From Dendrobates tinctorius (lineage: Eukaryota): a stretch of DNA of 64,000 bases. The position numbers and the translations under genes were made by a program. Below, one piece after another: positions 1 to 12,744 of this stretch. The notes under the pieces are model-generated. The model was not told the DNA's origin, did no database searches, and saw only the letters and a list, made by a program, of their open reading frames with translations. The stretch lies in assembly GCF_039654945.1 (NCBI RefSeq), contig NW_027362008.1, positions 4,154,001-4,218,000 on the forward strand, given 5' to 3'. Every line of letters begins with the position of its first letter. Positions within the stretch are counted from its first letter, which is position 1.

Positions 1-699
1 ACCGGGGTCTGTGGCAGCTGAGCATGTGGACGAGGAGGCAGAATGACATGACACCGCACACTTCAGGTATAGACATAAAGTTTACTTGAACAAGACATGG
101 TACATAAACGAAACAGTTATGCAAGGCTCCCGGTTCCGCACATCAGGGAAGGGTACATGTCTCAGGATAACAGAAGAAAGGCAGGAGGTCATTACGGGTT
201 GAGCAGTCCAGGGTTGTCTGGCATGGGTATACTAGGGCGGCCTCTTCCTCAGTCCTCAGGGGTAGCAAAGGGTCACCAGGAGAATATCAGACACCGACCA
301 CAAACAGACTTCAGAAAATGGCAGGCATTGTCTGACATTTCAATCACATCCATACACGCAGTACTTCTGTATTCTCCCGCTACCCGTATTTTATCAAAAA
401 AGCTCTAATGCCAATGGACAAAAACATAAATCTTATCTATTTATAGAAACTCTTGGTTGGTTCACTATATCCTCTAATTAGTGTCCTATCTGAGTACCCG
501 GTTGCATACAAAAAAATTGAGCAATTATATTCACATATTGTCTTCACGTGATTTTCCCACTTCATTACAAACTCCCACCCGGTTCCTTCCATTAGGTTTT
601 TCCAAGGAGCAACTAACCAGAGAGTTTTATCTTAATCGCTGCTTTGAGCAACAAAAAGGCTGTTTATACACTGAGCACACATCATTTAGTCTCCATACA

Positions 700-1221
700 T
701 CAACAGAGCTGCTTTACAGTAGTACGAAATGAATATGTTGAAGTGTATTTTCCTGGGCCCAACCAGTATGTGGGTACCAAGGTGTAATGGGGTGCATAGG
801 ACTATGCAGCAGGGCAGACATTGCTGTCACTCTGTAAACAAAAGAGTAGGGGAGAACCGTATGAATATGGTGAAGTGTATTTTTTTCCTGGGCCCATCCA
901 GTATGTGGGTTCCAAGTGTTTAATGGGGTGCATATGACTATGGTATGAATCTCGGAAAAAAATATTTAAAGCTGTGAACTAGGAGTCAGGAATGCTTCCA
1001 GGGGCGATCCCCATGAATTCCCCATTTCATTTGAGCAGTGTTTAAATCATTTTCAGATGTTTCTAGACCTTAAAATGACCCCCTTGGGGGATCACAGCAA
1101 AAATGCTCGGGTTTCCCATAGACTTATATTGGGCTCGTTGTTCTGTCCGAGTACCCAAGTATTACAATTTGCTCGACCCGAACAACGAGTGCCCAAGCAT
1201 TTTAGTGCTCGCTCATCACTA
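700..1221. mobile_element. One end of a non-autonomous DNA transposon, hAT-like (also 16856-17377, 33020-33541, 49184-49705, 63206-63727)
   Basis: Ends in gtgctcgctcatcacta (TAGTGATGAGCGAG-type terminus, recalled from anuran repeats); internal ~80-bp repeat at 729 and 861; partner end not found. Confidence 0.5.
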
Positions 1222-1224
1222 ATC

Positions 1225-1651
1225 CCAGTACTTAAAAAGCGATACTCAATTCATGGAGAATAACTTCTTTGAAATTCAAATTAATTGGGAAAATCCAAAC
1301 GGTTAAGCGATTTTGAATTTTGCTGATCTGACCCATGTTATAAAACAATCTTATCATATATTGTGCACGATGAATGCCGCATGAAGGGAAAAGTGAAAAA
1401 CTGCTAAACTTGCTATTCTTGTTCATCTTACCTCACTAAAAAATTGAATTAAAAAAATCATGTATCCCAACGCTGTACCAAAACAACTAGTTTTGTACCC
1501 AAAAACATGTCCTCATGCAGATCTGCATTCAGAAAAATAAAAAGCAATGACTCTCAATATGACAGCTATAAAAAACATATTGTGATTTTCTTGGGTATGA
1601 ACATAATCATGTCAGCACACAGAATAAAGTGAACAAGTCAATTATACTGCT
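1225..1651 (-). repeat. Left arm of ~425-bp diverged inverted repeat (also 17381-17807, 33545-33971, 49709-50135, 63731-end)
   Basis: Reverse complement of 7981-8361 plus 10664-10708, e.g. gctgatctgacccatgttataaaacaatcttatca vs tgataagattgttttataacatgggtcagatcagc. Confidence 0.9.
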
Positions 1652-2815
1652 TACGTTTGAAAATCCACCAGGCTTCCCTATTTTGTAATGTAACCTCCGT
1701 ATCACCCCCTCTGATGGGTGTGTGTATTTTTTCAATTGCATACACCAGAAGTGTTTTCAGGTCATCTTTATGACATTCAATAAAATGTTTTGACACCTGA
1801 GATGTGTTCCTTTCCATGTTAATATTCTCTGTGTCATAGATGTGTTCCCCAATTCTTTTCTTCAGCTTGCGTTTTGTGCTTCCAACATGTTTTAGATGGC
1901 AGAAGGTGCACTCCATAATATATACCAAGGTTTTAGTGCTACAATTGATAAAGGTTTTAGTAGCAAAATTCTTGCTTTCACTAGAATCTCCAAAGCTAGA
2001 GCTCTCTTTAGTGTATTTACAGGACTTAGCGCCACACTTATAAAAACCCTTGGTTTTCTGCCAATTTGTGGATTGAATTTGAGACATATTCAAAAAACTT
2101 GGCAAAAGGCTCTGACCTAAAGATGGTGCTCTCCTAGAGTCTATTCTAAATCCTTTCCCTATAATACTATCTATATCTGGATCCTCTTTTAATACAGATA
2201 AATTATTTTGAATAATTCGTTCAATAGAGGCAAACTGGTTACTACACTGCGAGACCAATGTTACAGGAGTGACTGAATGTTCATGTGTGTTACACTTAGG
2301 TTTGAATCGCGGTTTTTGAGCCACAATGTTTTCAGCTTTGCTTAAACTCCATTGGGTATAACCCCTTTGGGTCAATCGCTGCTTAATGTTAGAAACTTCC
2401 TGTTGATAATCTGTATTTGTGCTACAATTGCATTTAGCTCTTGTCATCTCCCCAACAGGTATACTTTTAATTGTATGTTTAGGATGATGGCTTTTTCCAT
2501 GGAGTATAGCATTGCCTGCTGTGTTCTTTCTAAATTTTTGTGTTACTACAGGTTTACCTGAAATTCCTTGTAAAATCAAATAAAAAAAATCAATGCATGA
2601 AATTTTATGGCGGACCACAAATTTTAAATTCAAGGGATTGCAATTAATATAAAAATTAAAATCCTGTATGGCAGATACATCAGAATTCCAGATGATAATG
2701 ATATCATCTATGTATCTGCCTTACCAATAGACACAATCTTTAAATGGATTATTTACAGTATAAATATACAGCTCTTCCCACCAGCTCATTACCAAGTGAA
2801 ATTAGCAAGTGAAGT
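1652..2815 (-). mobile_element. Penelope-like retroelement fragment (RT C-terminus plus GIY-YIG endonuclease), degenerate
   Basis: SLAN..MSWWEE, GRYIDD (preceded by TAA), K.TAGN.ILH..S.HP.H....IP.GE..R, FINCSTK.LVYIMECTFCHLKHVGSTKRKLKKRIGEH, REAWWIFK; truncated at both ends. Confidence 0.9.
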
Positions 2816-2824
2816 TGTCAAGCG

Positions 2825-3165
2825 ATCCACTATATGACCAAGATGAAAATCTTTCTTTGCAATTGCGGCTTGTTCCCAGTCAACTTACGTGCATCGTTAT
2901 ATTTTACTTTTGGTTATGTGTGTTTTTCCATGCGTTATTCATCCTGTTTTGAATGTGAATGTTTTTTCTTTGTCATCTAGGAATATTTAACACCATCCAC
3001 TATATGATTAAGATATAAAGTATTTTTCGCAATTGCGGCTTGTTCCTCGCTAGTTTATGTGGATTGTTATGCAGGAGCATATTGCTATCTGTGTTTTTTT
3101 ATGCGATGTAGATCTGGTTTTGAATCAAATTGTTTTCATTTTTGCTTTCACCTAGGTACTTTTAC
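2825..3165 (+). repeat. Diverged 170-bp tandem duplication, present in units 1-4
   Basis: atccactatatga...gcaattgcggcttgttcc at 2825 and 2995. Confidence 0.8.
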
Positions 3166-3276
3166 CCTCCTCTGTTGAAATTGTGTTTTTAGATCTGTGT
3201 CTCTTACTATTACTCTATGACACTCAGTGTATGATAGAGAGAAATGTATTTTTCTTCTTTCTATGATTGTTATTGA

Positions 3277-6200
3277 ATCATAGAATCATAGAATCATAGA
3301 ATCGTAGAGTTGGAAGGGACCTCCTGGGCCATCTGGTCCAACCCCCTGCTCAAAGCAGGATTCGCTAAATCATCCCAGTCAGATGTCTGTCCAGCCTCTG
3401 TTTGAAGACTTCCATTGAAGGAGAACTCACCACTTCTCGTGGCAACCTGTTCCACTCATTGATCACTCTAACTGTCAAAAAGTTTTTTCTAATATCTAAT
3501 CTGTGTCTCTTCCCATTCAGTTTCATCCCATTGCTTCTAGTCTTTCCTTGTGCAAATGAGAATAAAGTTGATCCTTCTACAATGTGACAGCCCTTTAGAT
3601 ATTTGTAGACAGCTATTAAGTCTCCTCTCAGTCTTCTCTTTTGCAAACTAAACATTCCCAAATCCTGCAACCTTTCCTCATAAGACAGGGTTTGCAGACC
3701 GGTCACCATTCTGGTCGCTCTTTTCTTAACTTGCTCCAGTTTGTTGATGTCTTTTTTAAAATGTGGTGCCCAAAACTGGACACAATATTCCAGATGAGGT
3801 CTGACCAAAGAGGAGTAGAGGGAAATAATGACTTCACGTGATCTAGACTGTATGCTTCTGTTAATACATCCTAGAATTGCATTTGCCTTTTTTGCTGCTG
3901 CATCACACTGTTGACTCATTTTCAGTCTGTGATCTATTAGTATACCCAAGTCTTTTTCACATGTGCTGTCACTTAGCCCTATTCCTCCCATTCTATATAT
4001 GCTTTTTTCATTTTTATTGCCCAGATGTAGTACTTTGCATTTCTCCCTGTTAAAAACCATTCTGTTAGTTGCTGCCCACTTCTCCAGTTTATTTAAATCT
4101 TTTTGAATCCTCTCTCTCTCTTCTCTAGTATTAGCTATCCCTCCTAGCTTTGTGTCATCAGCAAATTTAATCAGTTTACCCTCAATTCCTTCATCTAAAT
4201 CGTTGATAAAGATGTTGAACAATACAGGGCCCAGGACAGAGCCCTGTGGTACCCCACATGAGACATTCTTCCAACTGGATGTGCAGCCATTTACGACCAC
4301 TCTTTGGGTCCGATCACTAAGCCAGTTATGAATCCACCTATCAGTTGCCTTGTCCATTCCATACTTAGTCATTTTTTCAATAAGGATTGTATGAGAGACT
4401 TTGTCAAATGCTTTGCTGAAGTCAAGATATACTATATCTACAGCATTTCCTTGATCCACCCAATCAGTGATACCGTCATAGAAGGAAATTAAGTTAGTCT
4501 GACATGACTTATTAGTTAGAAACCCATGCTGACTCTGTTTAATCACTTCATTCTTATCCAGGTATTGACATACAAGTTGTTTAATAATTTGTTCAAAGAT
4601 CTTTCCTGGTATAGAAGTCAGACTCACCGGCCTATAGTTGCCTGGGTCCACCTTCTTCCCCTTTTTGAAGATAGGAACAACATTTGCTCTTCTCCAGTCT
4701 TCTGGCACTTCTCCTGTTCTCCAAGAATTTTCAAAGATTATGGAGAGGGGTTCAAAAATTTCTTCTGCTATCTCCTTCAGTACTCTGGGGTGTAATTCAT
4801 CTGGACCTGGAGACTTGAATTCATTTAGGTTAGCTAAGTGTTTCCTCACTATCTTTCTGTTTATAGATATCCTGGATTCTTCTATTCCCTTAATAGGACA
4901 GTGAATAACAGTTGATGTTGCATTTCCTTTCTGAGAGAAAACAGATGCAAAATAGGAATTTAAAAGTTCAGCCTTCTCAACATCCTGTCTTACCATTTCA
5001 TCATTTTCATCCTGTAAAAATCCTATAGCATCTTTGACTTTTCTTTTACTTTTGACATATCCCCAAAATCCTTTATTATTGCTTTTGACATCTCTTGCAA
5101 GCCTCAGTTCATTTTCAGCTTTAGATAATCTGATTTGTGCCCTGCAGGTTCTGCAGACAGCATTATATTCTTCTTTAGATATGCCTCCCTCTTTCCATTT
5201 TATAAACATTTTTTTCTTCCTTTTTAGCATGTGCTTAAGTTCTGTGTTCATCCATCCTGGTTTCCTTAAATGCTTCCTATTCTTCCCTCTTTTCGGAATT
5301 GTTAACAACTGTGCTTTGAGAATTTCATTTTTCAAGATTTCCCATCCTTCCTGGACATTTTTGTCTTTAAGGATATCCAGCCATTGGATCCCTCCAATTC
5401 TCTTTCTGAATCCCTTAAAATCTGCCTTTCTGAAATCTAACCTTGACGTCTGAGTCTCACAGGTCTTCCACCTCTAGTAATCCAAAATTCTAAAATAGCA
5501 TGGTCGCTACCTCCTAGGGTCCCAGCCACTTTTACCTCCTCAACCATTTCCTCCCTGTTTATAAGGATTAGATCCAAGGTAGCAGTTCCCCTTGTTTTCT
5601 CCCTTACCTTTTGGAAGATAAAGTTGTCAGCAAGAGAGGATAAGAATTTCCTTGACCTGTTAGTTTTGCCTGAGAGAGATTCCCAACAAATGTCTGGATA
5701 GTTGAAATCTCCCATGACAACTATGTCATATTTTTTGGAGAACTTGGCCATCTGATGCATAAAGAGTTCATCTATATCTTCGGCTTGCACAGGCGGCCTG
5801 TAGTAAATGCCTACAATGGTGTCCTTTCCATTGTTCTGTCCTTGTATTCTTACCCAAACAGTTTCCACAGAACTCCCAGTCTCTGAAGCTTCAATCTCTG
5901 TGCAGATATACGCGTTTCGAACATACAATGCGACACCCCCTCCTCGTTTATCTAGTCTGTTTCTTGCAAATAAGTTGTATCCTTCTAGTCTTGTATTCCA
6001 ATCATGTGTATTGTCCCACCAAGTTTCAGTGATTCCAATTACATCATATTTCTGTTCCTGTGTTAGTAGTTCCAATTCTCCTTGTTTGTTGCCCATGCTT
6101 TGTGCATTAGTATAGAAACATTTTAGTTTGTGATTGGTTTCTCTTTCTCCAATATTTTTATTAATTAGATTCTTTCATCTTTGTTCTTCCTTTCCACTTC

Positions 6201-6277
6201 TAATAGAAGAGTTCTCAATAGCATTTGTCAGGTGTATGGCTTTTTCTGGTCTTTTGCTTCCCTTCCCATGTTGTTCT
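3277..6277 (-). mobile_element. CR1 LINE insertion A, unit 1 (5'-truncated; ORF2 endonuclease plus RT, disrupted)
   Basis: APE motifs (YTNAQS, ITETW, GDFN, SDH); RT motifs (YLDFSKAFD, GVPQGSVLGP, FADD); 3' hairpin and (ATTCTATG)n tail; TSD ATTGA 3272-3276/6284-6288; CGA>TGA at ~6176 and 1-bp deletion at ~5456. Confidence 0.96.
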
Positions 6278-6319
6278 TGAGAAATTGAGAATAATATAAT
6301 AGAAAAAATGTCTTTGTAA

Positions 6320-6699
6320 GGCTGTGTGCCCACATTGCGCTTTTTCAGAGTTTCCGTGGTGATTTTAAACAAGTGATTCTGCCGCTGAAATGCTTAAGAA
6401 AATCATTCCATGTTATCATAATTGATTCCGCACATGTTGTGCTAATGGTGCGTATTTTACTGCTGCGGAATTGCTTAGCGGTAAAAAACACAGCATGTTC
6501 ATTAATTTTGTGGAATCGCATGCGATTATGCATACATACACTTGTATTGCAAAAGCGCATAGGAAATCGCATGTTAAAACATATGACAAATGCATCAAAA
6601 TTGCTAAAATCTTCAAAACTGCATGCGTTTTTCCAGCTAAGGGTGTGCGTTTCTCCTCAGGAATATTCTACTTCAAAACTGCAATGTGGGCACATAGCC
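6320..6699. mobile_element. PIF/Harbinger-type MITE, 380 bp (also 22484-22863, 38648-39027, 54973-55352)
   Basis: TIRs GGCTGTGTGCCCACATTGC / GCAATGTGGGCACATAGCC; flanks TAA and TGA (TWA-like TSD, one mismatch); internally palindromic, non-coding. Confidence 0.8.
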
Positions 6700-7104
6700 T
6701 GAAAGTGGCTTTTCTATCCTCTAGTCTGAGTAGATGGCTGTAATTTTTCATTCTGACGTTTGATCCATCATATGATTTTCACTCTGTTCCAGAGTGAAAT
6801 TGTATTTTCCTCTTTGGTTGTTTTGTAAAAACTCAACATCAATTTTTACAATTATGGTTCTTTCATTTGCTCCCTTATATAAATGTATATTTCTCTACTT
6901 CTGTACTGTGGCTGCTAAGAAGAATTTACAATATACTGCGTTTGTTCTGCGCAATTGAAATACATTCTCGCCTTTATGCCATGTGGAATTCAAATTCCTG
7001 ATTTTAGCCATGTATGTCTTCACTTGTAATTCATTTACGTTAATTAGATATGTTAATTGTCTTTCACTAGTGTTCAGCATATTAGTGCTTTCTCGAACAA
7101 TGCC

Positions 7105-7152
7105 TGTTATCATGACAAAGGGTGCTGGGACACCTGAAACGCGTTGATAACA
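7105..7152 (+). ncRNA. Degenerate minimal hammerhead-ribozyme-like motif of Penelope pLTR type (also 23269-23316, 39433-39480, 55758-55805)
   Basis: Stem I TGTTATC/GATAACA; stem II GGTG-ctggga-CACC; GAAA plus palindrome ACGCGT; core CUGANGA decayed to AUGACAA; AATAAA ~50 nt downstream. Confidence 0.5.
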
Positions 7153-7289
7153 CAATCTTATGTACCATTCATGCTGATATTTTATCTATTCACATCTGAG
7201 TGAATAAAGAATTTGTGTTTTCACTTCTGGATCATGGCTTTTTTGTTACATTAGCCATACCTTTCTTTTTTGGGCAATATAGATGTAAA

Positions 7290-8300
7290 AGTGTTTTTTA
7301 AGTATCAGTTATATTTGTCAATACACTTTTTAAGTGGAACTTATTAGCATGATTTTATAAGCACTTTTTTGCAAGAGAAATAAAGAAAACAGTAATTGTA
7401 ACATTTATTTGTAGTTTAAAGTTTGTGTTATCTGATGTGCTGAAAAAATAAAGCAGTAACTGCATTCAGTAGGTCAGTACTAATATGGTGCTGGTAAATT
7501 TGTATAATCTTAATTGTTTTTTATGTTTTGTACAATATACACTTTAAAAAAAAACCATTTTTATACTGTTTTACAATTTTTTGTTAGTGGCGTGGTATGA
7601 AGATTTATTTTTGCCTGAAAATCTGTAGCTTTTGTTGTTAACAGTTTGTTGTACATGCAACTTTTTGATCACTTTTACATTATTTAGGAGGCAAAATGAA
7701 AGAAAAACACGTAAATTCTGAATTTGTTTTAATATTTTTTTAAACCCCAGTCACTGTTGGGTATAACTGTCATGGTATCTTTATTTGGTGGACGATATCA
7801 TCACCATATTCTCATAAACTTCACTTATTTATTTTTCGGTTTATTGTAGGTGACGCTGATTGAGGCTTTGTTTTTGGTTATATATGCCTTTCTAGTTATT
7901 ATTTATCTCATTGTTTTGCTGGGAAGCAGAAACAAACAGCTATGAATTGGAAATAGTTGTTATTTTTATGGAGTTCGTCCAGCAGTATAATTGACATGAT
8001 TACTTTATTCTGTGTGCTGATATGATTATGTTCATATCTAAGAAAATCACAATACATTTTTTATAGCTGTCACATTGTGAGTCAATGCTTTGTATTTTTC
8101 TGACTGCAGATCTGTATGAGGACATGTTTTTGGGTAACAAACTAGTTATTTTGGTATAGCATCGGGATACATGATTTTTTAATTCAGTTTTTTAGTGAGG
8201 TAAGATGAACAAGAATAGCAAGTTTAGCAGTTTCTCACTTTTCCCCTCATACGGCATTGATTATGCACAATAAATGATAAGATTGTTTTATAACATGGGT
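7290..8300. mobile_element. AT-rich decayed internal sequence of a non-autonomous DNA transposon, family not determined (units 1-4)
   Basis: T-rich sequence with recurring diverged motifs (ggtcagtac, tttttgatcactttt, tttattctgtg) resembling anuran non-autonomous elements; no termini identified. Confidence 0.35.
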
Positions 8301-8361
8301 CAGATCAGCAAAATTCAAAATCGCTTAACTGTTTGGATTTTCCCAATTAATTTGATTTTCA

Positions 8362-10655
8362 TAGAATCATAGAATCATAGAATCATAGAATCGTAGAGTT
8401 GGAAGGGACCTCCTGGGCCATCTGGTCCAACCCCCTGCTCAAAGCAGGATTCGCTAAATCATCCCTGTTAGATGTCTGTCCAGCCTCTGTTTGAAGACTT
8501 CCATTGAAGGAGAACTCACCACTTCTCGTGGCAGCCTGTTCCACTCATTGATCACTCTAACTGTCAAAAAGTTTTTTCTAATATCTAATCTGTGTCTCCT
8601 CCCATTCAGCTTCATCCCATTGCTTCTAGTCTTTCCTTGTGCAAATGAGAATAAAGTTGATCCTTCTACAATGTGACAGCCCTTTAGATATTTGTAGACA
8701 GCTATTAAGTCTCCTCTCAGTCTTCTCTTTTGCAAACTAAACATTCCCAAATCCTGCAACCTTTCCTCATAAGACAGGGTTTGCAGACCGGTCACCATTC
8801 TGGTCGCTCTTTTCTGAACTTGCTCCAGTTTGTTGATGTCTTTTTTAAAATGTGGTGCCCAAAATTGGACACAATATTCCAGATGAGGTCTGACCAAAGA
8901 GGAGTAGAGGGAAATAATTACTTCACGTGATCTAGACTGTATGCTTCTGTTAATACATCCTAGAATTGCATTTGCCTTTTTTGCTGCTGCATCACACTGT
9001 TGACTCATATTCAGTCTGTGATCTATTAGTATACCCAAGTCTTTTTCACATGTGCTGTCACTTAGCCCTATTCCTCCCATTCTATATATGCTTTTTTCAT
9101 TTTTATTGCCCAGATGTAGTACTTTGCATTTCTCCCTGTTAAAAACCATTCTGTTAGTTGCTGCCCAATTCTCCAGTTTATTTAAATCTTTTTGAATCCT
9201 CTCTCTCTCTTCTCTAGTATTAGCTATCCCTCCTAGCTTTGTGTCATCAGCAAATTTAATCAGTTTACCCTCAATTCCTTCATCTAAATCGTTGATAAAG
9301 ATGTTGAACAATACAGGGCCCAGGACAGAGCCCTGTGGTACCCCACTTGAGACATTCTTCCAACTGGATGTGCAGCCATTTACGACCACTCTTTGGGTCC
9401 GATCACTAAGCCAGTTATGAATCCACCTAACAGTTGCCTTGTCCATTCCATACTTAGTCATTTTTTCAATAAGGATTGTATGAGAGACTTTGTCAAATGC
9501 TTTGCTGAAGTCAAGATATACTATATCTACAGCATTTCCTTGATCCACCCAATCAGTGATACCGTCATAGAAGGAAATTAAATTAGTCTGACATGACTTA
9601 TTATTTACAAACCCATGCTGACTCTGTTTAATCACTTCATTCTTATCCAAGTATTGACATACATGTTGTTTAATAATTTGTTCAAAGATCTTTCCTGGTA
9701 TAGAAGTCAGACTCACCGGCCTATAGTTGCCTGGGTCCACCTTCTTCCCCTTTTTGAAGATAGGAACAACATTTGCTCTTCTCCAGTCTTCTGGCACTTC
9801 TCCTGTTCTCCAAGAATTTTCAAAGATTATGGAGAGGGGTTCAAAAATTTCTTCTGCTATCTCCTTCAGTACTCTGGGGTGTAATTCATCTGGACCTGGA
9901 GACTTGAATTCATTTAGGTTAGCTAAGTGTTTCCTCACTATCTTTCTGTTTATAGATATCCTGGATTCTTCTATTCCCTTAATAGGACAGTGAATAACAG
10001 TTGATGTTACATTTCCTTTCTGAGAGAAAACAGATGCAAAATAGGAATTTAAAAGTTCAGCCTTCTCAACATCCTGTCTTACCATTTCATCATTTTCATC
10101 CTGTAAAAATCCTATAGCATCTTTGACTTTTCTTTTACTTTTGACATATCCCCAAAATCCTTTATTATTGCTTTTGACATCTCTTGCAAGTCTCAATTCA
10201 TTTTCAGCTTTAGATAATCTGATTTGTGCCCTGCAGGTTCTGCAGACAGCATTATATTCTTCTTTAGATATGCCTCCCTCTTTCCATTTTATAAACATTT
10301 TTTTCTTCCTTTTTAGCATGTGCTTAAGTTCTGTGTTCATCCATCCTGGTTTCCTTAAATGCTTCCTATTCTTCCCTCTTTTCGGAATTGTTAACAACTG
10401 TGCTTTGAGAATTTCATTTTTCAAGATTTCCCATCCTTCCTGGACATTTTTGTCTTTAAGGATATCCAGCCATTGGATCCCTCCAATTCTCTTTCTGAAT
10501 CCCTTAAAATCTGCCTTTCTGAAATCTAACGTTGACGTCTGAGTCTTCACAGGTCTTCCGCCTCTAGTTATCCAAAATTCTAAAATAGCATGGTCGCTAC
10601 CTCCTAGGGTCCCAGCCACTTTTACCTCCTCAACCATTTCCTCCCTGTTTTTAAG
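8362..10655 (-). mobile_element. CR1 LINE insertion B, unit 1 (5'-truncated in endonuclease; open 727-aa RT frame 8454-10637)
   Basis: TSD GATTTTCA 8354-8361/10656-10663; octamer tail; empty site in unit 4. Confidence 0.96.
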
Positions 10656-12302
10656 GATTTTCAGAGAAGTTATTCTCCATGAATTGAGTATCGCTGATTA
10701 TGTACTGGAATCTCTCCATGCTGATATTTTATCGTCTTTTCAAATCTGAGTGAACAAAGAATTTGTTTTTTCACTTCATCGTTAAGCTAGGTCATCTCTT
10801 TTTTGGATTTTTTTATTCCAAGACATGGCAGTTTTGTGCTCAGAGCTTCATGATCTATTAACGCTGTGAGATGGATTGTTTTATATGTCTAATGTAACGC
10901 AACAAGTATAAAAATGTTCTATAGTGAAGGTCAAAACTGGCTCCAGTATGTAACAATAAAAATGAAATAATGTGAAAACTTTTTTCACTATCTCATAAAG
11001 CTAAATTTATAAACCTTTCCAAAAATAAAATGAGATTGGCGTACAAAATCAGCTCATCAAATAAGGAAATTCTCCCATTACACTAAAAATAAATTTGCAG
11101 AAACTGGTACATGACCTGTACCCATAGCGGTGCCATTTACTTGGTGGAAAGGGATGAAATTAAAAATAAAATCATTTGAGTCAACTAAACATCCAATAAT
11201 ATTTTAAAACAAACCTGTTTTGTGACTAAAAACAGATCTGCTCATCTCTCATCAGTACATGGGTGGTAGAGGTTAGCAGTGAAACAATAGAAATTTATTT
11301 AGATGCATTTACATTGTTACATGATATGAATACAGTTATGTTAGATGTCTTGTGACTACAGGTAAATGTTCTTTACCCAATTTAATAAAAAAATCTACTT
11401 ACATCCAAATCTTCATTTCACTTGACCAAATAGTGAGATGTTGATGTAATTATCCTTTACAGAAACCTCTTGATTATGTCTTCTGCTGACATACTCACAC
11501 TTTTTAAAGAAATGTTTTTATGCAATATTGGCTCGTTCACCCGTCTTAATCTAAAGTCACTGGATGCTTCTATAATTAAATGTAAATAAAAAAAAAGAAG
11601 GGGTTACCAGATATGAAGATGCTATGCTACTGTGAAGGTAACGTGGCAAATGCATTTCCAGTAGATGTAAAAACAGTAAATTTCTGAAGATCATAAAAAA
11701 ATAGACATCAATCAGCTATAAAAAGCTAACACATGTATTACATTCTTCAATATGTTGTACACTTGGACGGGATGGCCATGGGGGTGGCATTCACGCCAAA
11801 TAAGTATCAACACAATATCTCAGTGCAATTTTGCACATCTTTAATATTGTATAAAATATAGAAAGCCACTTCTACTAGATGTCTAATAGCATGTAAATGA
11901 AGACTGTTATAGCTCCCATTTACATGAATTACACACGTATATACAAGATGTATGAAGCATGGAACACCTTACTATATTAATAAATAATACAATTGAGCAA
12001 TTTGAAGCAAACACTGCACTCAGCAGCTATTAATCAGGTAATCATAGCAGTGGCCCTAACAATTTCAATACCATGGTCATTGCATATTTTAGAAATTTTG
12101 TCTCTTGACTTCATGAAACTATCATGAAATAATACAATGAATAACATTTCTCTCTTTAGTTTACCTAATTATCAGCACAATGGTGAATAGTATCACAGGG
12201 CACCACAGGAAATTTCTATCCCTTTGTGTTGTCCCAAACCAGCATTCTCCCTGGAGAGATTTATAAATGTCAGTTTATATGTAAATGGAGACAGTAAGTC
12301 TT

Positions 12303-12523
12303 GGCCAATGACAATATCCCACTAATTAACAACCCCCTGCTCTTCCCAGATATAAACTGTTTCCTCCTCTCAGTGACATCTACTTCACTCCAGGTATTAT
12401 TTGTGGTCAGAACTGGCCTCTGAGGAGCATCAAGTTGTAGACTTGTTGGTGTACAGGAGGAGTTCAGCACCGACTATCATCTCTTTCAGTAGCAGTAGAC
12501 ATCTTCAATCTCCATCTACAAAG
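12303..12523 (+). promoter_or_regulatory. Putative kinase core promoter and non-coding first exon, copy 1
   Basis: GGCCAAT 12303-12309; TATAAA 12351-12356; Inr-like CTACTTC with A at 12382 (31 nt after TATA); ATG-free leader to donor AAG|GTGAAT at 12523; acceptor ttttattcag at 12743 gives Kozak context agaATGG. Confidence 0.6.
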
Positions 12524-12744
12524 GTGAATATATGATAAGTATAGCACAGCATATAGTAGATGGTATTACTGCAGATCCCTGGGGAATTATGCAATGCTGG
12601 AACATTATTACAGTGACTGCACACTATTATACAATTGTGCATTTCTAGTCGCAGTTTACACGAGGTGATTACAGTATGTTATTATGGGTCTCAAAGATGT
12701 TTCATGCTTTATTCAATGCCATATCTCATTTCATTTTATTCAGA

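Noticed and set aside
3277-3305. Short tandem repeats (tagaatca)n as a CRISPR-like or satellite array
   Set aside because: No spacers; this is the standard CR1 3' octamer tail
3402-6115. Many + strand ORFs over CR1 copies (MKTSIEG, MQTKHSQ, MTFLLLL and others)
   Set aside because: Antisense shadows of ORF2; they recur only because the element is repeated
6345-6743. Four overlapping ORFs on both strands
   Set aside because: They lie in a palindromic MITE and show no transposase or other recognisable motif
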